Source: Anthoceros angustus (Eukaryota; Plantae; Anthocerotophyta). From it: a stretch of DNA of 64,000 nucleotides. The notes under the pieces were generated by a model. The model had not been told where the DNA came from. It ran no database searches and was given only the letters and a program-made list of their open reading frames with translations. Positions 11,665 through 23,029 of this stretch are shown here, piece by piece; within the stretch, counting starts at the first letter, position 1; each line of letters starts with the position of its first letter. A program made the translations under genes and the position numbers. The stretch covers positions 372,001 to 436,000 of the forward strand of contig MU008160.1 of assembly GCA_010909165.1 (NCBI GenBank), given 5' to 3'.

Positions 11665-11964
11665 ATATCCTGCAGGCCTACGAGGGTCATGCAAATGCTG
11701 CATGCTACAGTTGGATGAAGTTGCTCGACCCATCTGCTTATCCACAGCAGGCAGCTCCGCATTTGCCATACATCCCCTGGGATGGGCTGGCTTTCTTGCA
11801 ATGCTGCTACACCTCGCGGCTTCGTTGTTTGCTAATGGCTGGTTCCTTGAAGTCAAGTGAGCGGGGGATCTGCCTGGGATGCCTGTTAGCTCACCACTTC
11901 GTTGGGTCCACAGGAGAATTTCCCAAAACGTGTCCTGTTGCCCTTTTCCGTGCTCGATTGCCAC
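11653..11964 (-). CDS. Separated N-terminal extension (probable organellar targeting region) of the first PPR gene
   Basis: GQQDTFWEILLWTQRSGEL...DPRRPAGYER aligns with GHKDRFWGQFFGTQQSGGL...DSRRPAGLER at the N-terminus of the 17389..20175 PPR ORF. Confidence 0.6.
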   Translation of the reverse strand: MAIEHGKGQQDTFWEILLWTQRSGELTGIPGRSPAHLTSRNQPLANNEAARCSSIARKPAHPRGCMANAELPAVDKQMGRATSSNCSMQHLHDPRRPAGYERR

Positions 11965-12372
11965 TCAATAACCAGCTCGCAGCAGCAAGCGCTACAGCCA
12001 ACCGCCGTTCGTAATTCGTAATGGCAGTGGACGTATACATACGTACTTCAGGCATGAATTCGAGTTTGATTTCCTTCATTTTACAAGCGGCCGCGGCGAT
12101 CGAAACGTGTAAATCGCCGGACAGTCACACCAATGTTTTGCGGGCGCTATTGTTCAAAGAGATTCGAACCATAGTTGTCAGGTTCTTAGCATTCCATGCT
12201 GACCAACGCTTCCGTTTCTCAGAGGACAAGAAAACCAATAGATTAAACCGGTGATAAGCACTGGTTTTGATGCTTCCTGCAAAGACAGCGGGGAGCCAGA
12301 GGGTGTGGTGCCGGTCGGTCGTTCCCGGCTGCGGCTGTGGGGGTGAAAGAGCTCTCGCTTCCCTGCCTCAAG

Positions 12373-12906
12373 ATGGCGTCCAGGACCGTCATGTCTTCTG
12401 CGCAGCTTCGGCTTACGTCGGGCTTGAAGGCCATCAATCAGGAGAAGCCCGAGGTAGAAAGAGTTCTGCCCAGCACATTTACTGGTTTGAATCGTTGTGC
12501 CGGTACGTGAATGTGTCGGTGTGATCTTGCGAGGTTTGCTTGCGATCTGTCATTGCAGGTGATTAGCACCGCGGTTGTGTGTTATTCAAGAGGTCACGCG
12601 ATCTGTGACCCCTGCTGGGGTCGTGTCTTGACTGGTCTTTTTTTGTTATTCCTTCATGTTTTTCTATGTAATGTACCGAGGAAATGCAGAGTCCTTGATC
12701 TCTTGCTGGATGAGTATGTCAGGATTGAAACGGTTCAGTGCGAGTCCATCAGTGGTTTGAAGCATTCTCTTGTCTCTCTGACCCTTGGCTGGTGCTGCAG
12801 GGTTGCAGTGCGAGTCCTTATGGGGTAACCTGTCTGACCGAGGGTAACTGCTGCTGAAGATGCTGTGAAAGCTTTGACGGCACGTCTTGGTGCTTTGGAG
12901 GCCTGA
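12373..12906 (+). CDS. Possible small spliced protein of unknown function (MASRTVMSSAQLRL...AVKALTARLGALEA*)
   Basis: ATG at 12373, coding-like segments and plausible GT/AG sites. The exon structure could not be resolved. Confidence 0.3.
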
Positions 12907-13166
12907 ACCCTGTGAATGTTCGGGTATATGTTGTTCATCTGTACTCATGTCATGAAATTGTGCTTTGGTGTCCTCATCGGACTCAGGCTTCCCCTGTCCC
13001 AGGCATATGCGCCCCGTTTCTGCCCATATTCGGGGGGCATCGTTTCACCCAGCTGGTGCGCCGGGGGCCTCTGCCCTGACGCGCCAAGTCTGGGAAAACT
13101 CCTCCACCTGGGAAGCAGCTGATGTTTTACTCAACAGACCAGCTTCAGACCTTCAATCTGAAGCCA

Positions 13167-14277
13167 ATGGAGCTCAGGCTACGAGCAGTCCGGGGATCGG
13201 ATATCGGAGGCTTGTGCACCTTGATGACAGGACAGGCTCAGCGCATTTCGTTCGTAGGACCATGGGCACAGCCTCCTTTGCAGCAATTTCTGCCCATACC
13301 TATAAGCCACCTCCCCAGCCTTTGGACAGGTGTGTGGCGGAAACAACTTTGGTTGCTTCTTTGGGAGCAGTAGTTGCTTGAGGCAGTGTAGGTACATCTT
13401 GACATGGTTTGTTTCCTTGCAGGCCAACAATAAATCCAGCATGGGTGACTGGTGGGGTTTTGCTTACAGCTGTAGCTGGGATTGCGTGGTTTATCCACCA
13501 GTCAGAGACATATGCCCGGCAACAACTCCTGTACGAGCGGACTGAGGATGTGATAACTCCCCCGCCATCACCGGAAATGCTTGAACGCTATGAAAGAGCA
13601 CTGGCATCTGTTGAGCAAACCGGGATGATCAATAGGGCTGTAGCTGCTCTTCGCTCCAACAATTTCATCAAGTAAGTGCACGATGGTGGATTTCCAGTCA
13701 CCCCTTCCTTTCTTTTTTCATCAGCTGCACTGTGCTTGAGACAGCATTGCCAGCTGGCTTCCAGTGTGTGCGTTTTGCTTGTTTCTGTATCGCATTCTTT
13801 TGCAAGTTGCTTTAGCTATGTCACTAATTTCCGCAAGGATGGGGTGTCTTCGTTGGTTCAGCTGCCTTTTGTAGCGGTTACAATTGACATCTGTTATCTC
13901 TGCTTTTGATCCCAGATGCGTCATAGAAATAGAACTTGCGCTGGAGCAAAACAGAACAGCCAGGCGTAGCATCACACCGGACTTTTATGAAGAAGGAGAG
14001 GTAATAAATGAATGTGGACGTGACGTCTCCTTTCCTAGTCTTTCGTTTTCGCTATCCAGAGCTCTGTATGCTTGCGGGGCCTTGTCTAATCATTGTAGGT
14101 TTCTGTGCCTGGCAGTTGTCACAACTCTATAGGTCAGCGTTGAAATCTTGGTTGGATGGGTATCCCTTGGATTATGGAAGGTTGCTCCAGTTGAGGGAAA
14201 TGCTGGCAATCCCTTCTGATGAAGCTGAAGCTATTGAAGCGGAAGTTCAATGTCAGAGTGATGTGTACGTGATTTGA
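13167..14277 (+). CDS. Hypothetical spliced protein with one predicted TM helix
   Basis: The first intron joins in frame (..WLLLWEQ|PTINPAWVTGGVLLTAVAGIAWFIH..). There is a GTAAGT donor at 13671, a polypyrimidine-CAG acceptor at ~13732, and downstream coding-like segments (RCVIEIELALEQN.., SALKSWLDGYPLDYGRLL..). Start and end are uncertain. Confidence 0.45.
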
Positions 14278-15603
14278 TCGTGGAGCTGCGGGGTGTAGGG
14301 TTTAGCACCTGTTTCTGTCAAATTAAGTAAAGAAGAAATTCCTATAGTGTACTTGGGTCATACTGTGTCGATCGATTGTGTTTCATGGGACTTTTGATCT
14401 GCAAGCAGGAATGCATGCTCCAAGTCTGCGTTCATGGGCTCCACACCTACAAGTGTCACAAACACGATTCAAAGAACAACACTCATGGGATGCGATTCGT
14501 GAAAACGGATGAACATGATCGCCTTCAATCTTAGGAAAAAGAATTGATTACAGAATTGATTACTGAACGCACGGGTTGACGTAACGCTGCGAAAAACAGA
14601 GCCGCTGCCATGCTATCGGAAAGAAACCTGCCGAAGTTTCAATGGCTGTAGCTGCTGCCTCACAACTCGAATGCTGGTAAGGGTGAGCTCATGTTGAAGA
14701 GGAGGAGAAGGGCATGTCACCTCCATTTTCACGGATTTGATGGAAGCTCATATGATTTCAGATACCATTACAAGTGTGTGGAGGGTATTTTTCACGAAAT
14801 ACCCTCCACACCCTGGTCATTTAGGGGTGAAGCTCCCTTCCGCTGCTCTGCAAAATCGCTGCCAATTCTACGTTCGTACTGCTTTCAAAAACACAGTGCT
14901 CTTCGTTGCTTGGCAGCACTTGAATCTGTCCTGACTCGTGAGCAAGAAGAGAGTTTCAACACACATCCTTTCCCTTGCCCTTTTCCATGTGGAGATGCTT
15001 GCCTCCTTGCTGCCTTTCCGTGACCTCACATGACTGCCCACCGCATTGCAGTACAAGTACTTACATGCCTGCATGCACCGTCCTGCCTCCTACTAGCCAT
15101 GCCTGTCACACTTGTTTTGCTCCATCTGCTCATCGTATCATCTTCCTCACGTAACAAACTGTGAGTGCCTGCGCTATCAGCCACTGTGCTTCTCTCTTCC
15201 ACACAATGGCTTCCTCGGCAAACCATGGGCCTGTGTCCCTTGCACATAATTCTTCCCAAGCAGCTGAAGTACACAGTAAGGTCTGTTGTAACTGGGAAGC
15301 AGCCTTTTGCAAGACACTGTGCCTCTGCACATGCACTAGTCCCATGATAGGGTTCATATCTTTCGCAACGAGCTTAGAGGCTTACGAAACGGCTTACGGA
15401 CAAAAAAACTCTAGCCTAGCTTGACAATATTGTGTGCTCCAGGAATCAGCGATTGCTGAGATACCTGTGGAAAGCATTTGCAGGTCCTAAATCTGTGCCA
15501 CCCTCTGTCAATGTCTCTTCTGGATCCAGCATGATATATACTGTGAAGATGCTCCTTCATGCTTGCCGTTCTACAAAGCTTTGTAATTTATCCTGAACGC
15601 TAG

Positions 15604-18600
15604 CTAGACTTCACTGAACGAATCCAAATTCTTCTCGTAACATACTGGGAAAGGGCTGTGCAGCCTCACTTCACTCCCGGGACGCTTTTTATCCCCGACC
15701 GAAAAAATATGCACCTGCCCGTCCATGTCTGTCCACCAGCTCTGGCCTGGCTGCTTCCATGCCCCCATTCTTATTCTCCTCGCCTGCACCTCTTGTGCTT
15801 GCTCCCACATCTGGGCACTGGTGTATATATTAGACATTAACACATATACTGCCGCGTCTTTCTGGTCCAGCTTCACTGCTTCATGGAAAGCGTGGCAAGC
15901 CACCTCCACATTGCTCCATTTTTGACAAGCACCCAGTACAGTGCGCCAAACTGCAGCCTCAGGCAGTACAGGCATTGTCCTAGCTAAAGCTAATGCCTCG
16001 TCCAGTTGTCCTGCACGACCCAGGAGATCCACCATGCATGTGTAGTGGTCCACTGTGGGAGTGATGCCTTGGAGTGACCTCATAGCCTCAAAGTACTCTT
16101 GCCCCTTGTTCACTAGACCCCTGTGACTGCATACTGTTAATATAGAGAGGAACGTGATGCTGTCTGGATGTGTACCATCCTCTTGCATCTTGACAAGCAA
16201 GTCGAAGACGAGGTCACTGTCTCCTTGTCGCATATAGCCTGCAATCAGTGCATTCCAGGTGGCTGTGTCTCTTTTGGGCAGTGCATCAAACACCTCAATT
16301 GCATCCGCCATGCTACCACACTTCCCATACATGTTTATCAAACTGCTGGCCACAAGCATATCGGATTCTAGTCCTTGTTTTTTGATCTGTGCATGAACCT
16401 GCTTTCCCAGATGCAGAGCTGCCACATTTGCACATGACTGTAAGAGGCAAACAAATGTTACATCATTGGGTGCAACGATGCCTTCTTGTTGCATAGCCCG
16501 GTAAAGACACAGGGCCTCTTGTCCCATGCCCTGCTGGGAATATCCTGCGATCATTGCACTCCAAGTCACCACATTTTTTTCATGCAGTCCATCAAACACT
16601 CCCCGAGCATCTTCTAGGCTGCCACACTTTGCATACATGTTTACCAAACTGCTGGCTACAAACACATCAGCTTCAAGTCCCTGTTCTCTAATTTGGGAAT
16701 GAAGCTGCTTTCCCTTCTCCACACCCGGGGCGCCCAAACGTGCACAGGCCTGCAGGAAGCACACAAATGTCACAGAATCGGGGGCAACAACTCCCTCCTC
16801 TTGCATAGCATTGAAAAGATCTATGGCTTCCTGCCCCATGCCCTGTTGGGAATATCCTGCTATCATAGCATTCCATGTCACCACATTTTTCCCACCAATT
16901 GCGTCAAATACCTCCCGAGCATCCACTAGGCTGCCGGACTTTGCATACATGTTTACCAAGCTGTTGGCTACCAACAACTCAGTCTGCAGCCCTCGTTCTC
17001 TAATCTGTGCATGGAGCTGCTTCCCCTTTTCCAAAGCCACCACGCCAACACTTGCACATGCTTGCAGGAGGGATGCGAATGTCAGAGAATTGGGCTCCAT
17101 CTTGCCTTCATTTTGCATAGCACTAAGAAGATGAAGGGCTTCCACACCCATGCCCAGCTGGGAGTATCCTGTTATCATGGCATTCCATGTCACCACATCT
17201 TTCTGAGGAAGTCCGTCAAACACGCCCGAGCATCCTCTAGGCTCCCACACTTTGCATACATGTTCACCAAGCTGTTGGCTACAAACACATCAGCCTGAAG
17301 TCCCTGTTCTCTAATTTGGGAATGAAGCTGCTTTCCTCTCCACACCGGGCACCCAAACGTGCACAGGCCTGCAGGAAACACACAAATGTCACAGAATCGG
17401 GGCAACAACTCCCTCCTCTTGCATAGCATTGAAAAGATCTATGGCTTCCTGCCCCATGCCCTGTTGGGAATATCCTGCTATCATAGCATTCCATGTCACC
17501 ACATTTTTCCCACCAATTGCGTCAAATACCTCCCGAGCATCCACTAGGCTGCCGGACTTTGCATACATGTTTACCAAGCTGTTGGCTACCAACAACTCAG
17601 TCTGCAGCCCTCGTTCTCTAATCTGTGCATGGAGCTGCTTCCCCTTTTCCAAAGCCACCACGCCAACACTTGCACATGCTTGCAGGAGGGATGCGAATGT
17701 CAGAGAATTGGGCTCCATCTTGCCTTCATTTTGCATAGCACTAAGAAGATGAAGGGCTTCCACACCCATGCCCAGCTGGGAGTATCCTGTTATCATGGCA
17801 TTCCATGTCACCACATCTTTCTGAGGAAGTCCGTCAAACACGCCCCGAGCATCCTCTAGGCTCCCGCACTTTGCATACATGTTCACCAAGCTGTTGGCTA
17901 CAGACACATCAGCCTGAAGCAGGCGTTCTCTAATCTGTGCATGAAGCTGCTTCCCCTTCTCTAAAGCCGGGGCACCCACACTTGCAAATGCCTGTAGGAG
18001 GGAAACAAATGTTGCAGAGTGGGGTGCAACCATGCCCTCTTCCTGCATAGTACTTAGAAGACGAAGGGCTTCCAGACTCATGCCCAGCTGGGAATATCCT
18101 GCAATCATGGCATTCCACGTCACCACATCTTTCTGAGGAAGTTCATCAAACACACCCCGAGCATCATCTATGCTGCCACACTTTGCATACATGTTTACCA
18201 GACTGTTGGCTACAAAGACATCCGCTTGAAGTCCTCTCTTTCTTACTTGAGCATGGAGCTTCGACCCTGTCTCCAAAGCGGGGTTCCCCACACTTCCACA
18301 TGCCTGCAGGAGGCAAACAAATGTCACAGAATCCGGTTTGACGTTGTCTTCTTGCATGGCCCTGTACAAATTAAGGGCTTCCTCTCCCATGCCTTGCTGG
18401 GAGTACCCAGCTATCATGGCATTCCACGTCACCACATCTTTTAGACCAAGTCCATCAAACAATGTCTGGGCGTCTTCCAAGCTGCCACATTTTGCATACA
18501 TGTTTACCAAGCTGTTGGCGACAAACCCATCACCTTGATGTCCTCGTTCTTTAATTTGTGCATGAAGCTCCTTCCCCCTCTCCAATGCCAGAGGGCCGAC

Positions 18601-20121
18601 ATTTGCGCATGCCTGCAGAAGGCATACAAATGTCACAGCATCAGGTGCGGCCACGCCTTCTTCTTGCATACCACTGTGAAGACGAAGGGCTTCTTCCCCC
18701 ATGCCCTTTTGGGAATATGCTCCTATCATGGCACTCCACGTCACAACATCTTTTTGACCAAGTCCGTCAAACACAGTCTGGGCATCTTCCAAGCTGCCAC
18801 ACTTTGCATACATGTTTACCAAACAGCTGGCTGCAAATACATCGCCCTGAAGCCCTCGTTCTCTAATTTCTGCGTGAATTCGCCTCCCTTTCTCCAAAGC
18901 CAGGGGGCCCACGCTTGCACATGCTTGGAGGAGGGACACAAATGTCACAGATGTAGGTACAGCAGTGCCTTCTTCTTCCATGGCACTGTAAAGATGAAGA
19001 GCTTCCTGCCCCATGCCCCGCTGGGAATATCCTGCTATCATGGCATTCCACATCACCACATCTTTCTGATCAAGTGCATCAAACACTCTTTGAGCATCCT
19101 CCAAGCTTCCACACTTTGCATACATGTCCACCAAGCAACTGGACACAAACACATTAGGCTCTATACCACTAGCCAGGACATCGGCATGCACCTGCTGCCC
19201 AGACTTCAAGTCCGCTCCCCTTGCACAAGCCTGGAGAGCTGCTACAAACACATGCCCATCTGGCTTCTCATTCGACCTGCGCATCAGATGATACAGTTGT
19301 ATGGCCTGCTTATCTTCTCCATGCTTAACATGCGCAGAGATTATGGCAGACCACGTGAAGGCATCTGGTTTGGCCACCGTAGTAAACACATCCATAGCCT
19401 CTTTCAGCCTGGCATAAGAAGCATACATCCGTAGAATGTGATTGCACAGGAACGTGTCCGATTCATACCCTTGCTTCACAGCGAGGGCATGAACACGGCG
19501 ACACAAAGGCAGATTCCTCTTAACCACACATTCCTTCAGCACCGTACAAAAAAGAGAGTCCGAAACATGGCAATCTGTGTTCACCAGAACTCCCATAGCC
19601 TCGACTGCCTCAGCAAGCTGCCCCTCCTGACAGAGTCTGCTCACAGTCTCAGCCGTTACGCCCCTTTCTAACCCTGCAGGCCTGCGAGAGTCACAACAAC
19701 CTTCTCTCCAATTAAGTGCCGTTCCACGACGACCCAAGTGCACATCCAGAGAACCCAGCTGCGCATCCACCCAAGCTGGCTTGTAGAAGTTGTCTGGGCA
19801 GAGGAAGTCCTGGGATTCCCAATGCATTGTCTGATGTTGCCTGTTATCCCACCGAAGCGTATGATCCAGAAAGAATTGCCCCCACAAGAGGTCCTGCCGA
19901 CAACCCTCGCTGGAACACCCGCCTGCATCCACACACCGGGCTTCCTTGCTTGCACAGGTGCTGCACCTCTCAGCTTCTTGGCTTGCCAGCAACTTGTTCC
20001 TTGAAGCCAAGCTCCCTGCAAGAGCTCTCAACCCACCACTTTGTTGGGTCCCAAAAAATTGTCCCCAAAACCGATCCTTGTGCCCACTCCGTGACTCCAT
20101 TGCAACACTCCGGCCCGCCAT
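15604..20121 (-). CDS. Large PLS-class PPR protein with E and truncated WW-type DYW; broken by frameshifts near 17250-17390
   Basis: ORFs 17389..20175 and 15604..17250 are collinear PPR arrays. Probable start MAGRSVAMES at 20121. The C-terminus has WKQPGQSWWTDMDGQVHIF and no deaminase motif. Confidence 0.85.
16678..17918. repeat. Internal tandem duplication of ~620 bp (two PLS triplets) within the PPR gene
   Basis: 16678-17298 is near-identical to 17299-17918; for example ggcaacaactccctcctcttgcatagc occurs at ~16783 and ~17401. Confidence 0.85.
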
Positions 20122-20189
20122 GAGCACCCACTCATCCCACGGAAACAAGAAGCACCACCGATCCTCCTGGAACACAATACGTGTCTAGG

Positions 20190-20560
20190 ACACCGAGCAG
20201 CCTGCAGGTCATCAGCATCTGGCATGGTTGACAGGAGCATGCCACCATCAGCGGCGATCAATTCACCTCTAACATCAAAACACACCACTTCTCCACTTTC
20301 GATAGACAGGCGGTTAAGCCCATAGTCGCACAAAAGCCAGCTCCTGAGATGAGACAAGTCTTCGATGACCAGTCCATATCCTCCTGCCTGCATGAATTCG
20401 GAAAAGAGCTTTCCCAGCCTTGCTTCACGTAGCCCATGTACATACACCACCTCCGACCTGGTTGCTTCCATGATCTCGTGCTTAATCTCCTCCCTTGCAT
20501 CTCCTTGCTGCTCGGCTCGCCATGTCTGCTCCACATCAATAAAACTCTCTAGCCGAAAGT
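20190..20560 (-). CDS. Orphan coding-like segment of unknown function upstream of the PPR gene
   Basis: Open frame LDFRLESFIDVEQTWRAEQ..EVVYVHGLREARLGKLFSEFMQ..VVCFDVRGELI with protein-like composition. No ATG and no family recognised. Confidence 0.3.
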
Positions 20561-21084
20561 CAAGCCCGGTCGACGAGGGTTATCCTCTCAGAGACGCCCA
20601 CGTTTTGACGTCCTTCAATGTTCGCTTGGCCGGCACGATCGTCTCTCCTTCAACTCCACGCAAGCGCGTGGGTCCCGTATAAATGGCACCGTGGAAAGCG
20701 ACTCGGGGGACATGTGCAGCGAGCCTACTTCTCTACATTTCTGAGGTGTGAGATCCGCCACACATTTGTGTTCGCATCTCCCGCGTGTTCTCCTCTGTCT
20801 GGACTGCATCAATGTACATGCTTCTGTAACGCTGTATTTGGAAGTGTCCTTAAGTCACTGCGCTGTGTGCAGCAGTTCAGCTAGTCATCTCCTGCAGCAG
20901 CAGCATTTTCAGCCGAAGAGCTCAAGACATTTTCTTCAGCTGCAAGATCTGGCATTCCGTTTTGCTTCAACCTGGTGTGTTTTGCCTGTCACATCCTGGT
21001 CTGAGGATTCTCTTTCTATGTAATTCTCCGTCTGTTTGCAGCAAGTGGGCTTCCTATCAGCACAAGCAGCAACTGGGTCGGAGC

Positions 21085-21600
21085 CGTAAGAACAATAATC
21101 AGTTTATGGAGCACACTTCTCCATCTCAAGAACATAAAGGATTTTTCCGCACTACATTGATGTACTAGGTAGAACCATCCATGAGTTCTGGATGTGATAT
21201 AAGAATCATCCATGAGTTCTGAATTTTTGAATATGATATAAAAATCATTCCATAAATCCCATCAATAGATATATATGACATCTTCCTTAAAGATCTTATC
21301 TACCTTTATATATTATTATATAAATTTTACGAAGCTTAGTATCGAAGCTTCATCCATATCCTATATAACATCGAATCCTCCTCTTCAAGGAGAAGTTGCC
21401 TTTTCTTTGGAAGTCCGACGCACTTGGCTGCTTTTCGGGCAATTCCGAAACTTGCCTTTCCCTTTGGATGTCCGGACTCCGATGAATGCTTGGGGACGAA
21501 ATGGATATCCGAAGCGTGCATTCAGCCTCTGTTTTGTTCCAATGTACCTTCCGTGGCCACTCAGGAACAAGAGACGTAGACAAGAGAACAGCGCAGGAAG
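21085..21600. repeat. ~515-bp AT-rich upstream block, duplicated at ~25275-25797
   Basis: gtaagaacaataatcagtttatggagcac...agcgcaggaagcg lies upstream of both the gasdermin-like gene and the SDH gene. Confidence 0.85.
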
Positions 21601-21644
21601 CGGGTTACATTATTCTGAGTGCCATTAATCCAGACCAGCGAGCT

Positions 21645-22529
21645 ATGGGGGCAAGTGCTTCCGTGCCCCTAGTGCTGTGGAACACGTTCGGGGCTGTTCC
21701 TGTGCTACCCGTCGGGCTCAAGCTGAAGGTGTTCAGTGTGCTGGTGAGAGACCGAGGATCCTTCTCGGTGATTGGTGATTTGGGCAGCCTGTGCGCAGAA
21801 GGGGAGTCTAAGGCCTTTCTGCAGAACGTCCTTGCCCAAGAAGATGAACGCTACATCACAGTCTCCGAGAAACCGGGACCGATTAACCAAACGGCAGCGC
21901 ATGATTCTCAATGGTTCAGGCGGCTTCTGATGCTTGAAGCGGGTCATGCTGCCGCTGTCAACGATGTGCATCAGTGGAAAATCGTGGTCCCCAGCCACCA
22001 GTTGGTATCTGCTGCAGAGGGAATCTTGAACGAGCTATTGCAGAAATTTGTTCCTGACATCGGAAATCCCCATTTCAGAGGGGGCAAGGCTCAGACTCTG
22101 TGGATCGTGACCGAGGTCATCACAGCCCATTCCCTGGACATGTATGCTTTCGACAAGAAGGGAGCCAATATCCGGTTCCCTTTGCCCCCTCTTGCGCCCG
22201 TGCCTGCGGATGTGCAAATCACCATCGGAGGCGAGGTTGCCGCACAGCAGTTCATCTCCATCCGAGGGCCACAATTGGGCGATACAGTTCAGCCCTTTGC
22301 CTTGGCCTTCAGAGGATGGAAATACAAATACGAGAACGGCTCCTTGACGGAGCCGAGAAGAGCCCGGTACGAAGCGGACTCGTTTCATGCTCCACCTCTC
22401 AATGGAGGACCCAGGAGACCTTTCCGCCATGTTAAATATGCAAGCCCCTTAGATGACCCAGACATGGCGGATTTTGTGAGGGAGAATGAATGGTTCACCA
22501 CCATCCTGGACGGTGAGGAACCCACATAG
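21645..22529 (+). CDS. Gasdermin-like pore-forming protein (294 aa, intronless; bacterial/fungal-type architecture)
   Basis: ATG at 21645 (MGASAS). Motif order matches recalled bacterial gasdermins: GAVPVLPVGLKLKVFSVLV ~ GINLILPPRDNIAPGDLII; LWIVTEVITAHSLDMYAFDKKG ~ FFVVTKVWRARGIRISVADKSK; FALAFRGWKYKYENGSL ~ IFGLTLREVTYKDGAI. A short ~55-aa C-terminal tail follows. Confidence 0.75.
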   Translation: MGASASVPLVLWNTFGAVPVLPVGLKLKVFSVLVRDRGSFSVIGDLGSLCAEGESKAFLQNVLAQEDERYITVSEKPGPINQTAAHDSQWFRRLLMLEAGHAAAVNDVHQWKIVVPSHQLVSAAEGILNELLQKFVPDIGNPHFRGGKAQTLWIVTEVITAHSLDMYAFDKKGANIRFPLPPLAPVPADVQITIGGEVAAQQFISIRGPQLGDTVQPFALAFRGWKYKYENGSLTEPRRARYEADSFHAPPLNGGPRRPFRHVKYASPLDDPDMADFVRENEWFTTILDGEEPT

Positions 22530-23029
22530 CTTTGGTGGTGGTCTTCACGTGAGGCATGGCATTGGAGTTTTGTGACACAATCAATACTCGAATGCGTTCT
22601 CACAAAACTGGAATGAGTATGGTGTAGCAATGGTAGCATCGTGGAGAGCACCTGTCGCATACTCTATCATGGATGCCGGAAATTGGTAACAGGTAGTGTA
22701 TGGGCTTTCCAGAAACGTTGTGGCTTTCTGGGAGATGGGACTAAAGAGGCTAGTTGGCAATGGATAGGCGGCAGCCGGCGTTTCCTACTAGGTAGAGTGG
22801 ATGGCTGGAAGTTGAATACGTCTCTAACTTTGTTTGCAGAATTTTCAAAGCAAACTTAGAGCGTGCTAGAAAACAAGAGCCATATCTATGTATATTCAAA
22901 AAGTAAGTTGTTATATATAAATATATTAAAATATTTTATATAAATTTCAAAAACATTTCGCAAAAGCATACAAGAAAGGGAATGTCACCTCTTCATCAAA
23001 CTTGTTGGAGCTTCCAAAGCTATAGGAAG

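Noticed and set aside
3747-19946. Numerous plus-strand ORFs opposite the PPR genes
   Set aside because: They are antisense shadows of the repetitive PPR coding sequence, with no protein-like features.
21486-21644. Upstream in-frame start giving a 347-aa gasdermin-like protein
   Set aside because: It uses a non-ATG start inside the duplicated upstream block. ATG 21645 gives the family-typical length and an MGxxxS N-terminus.
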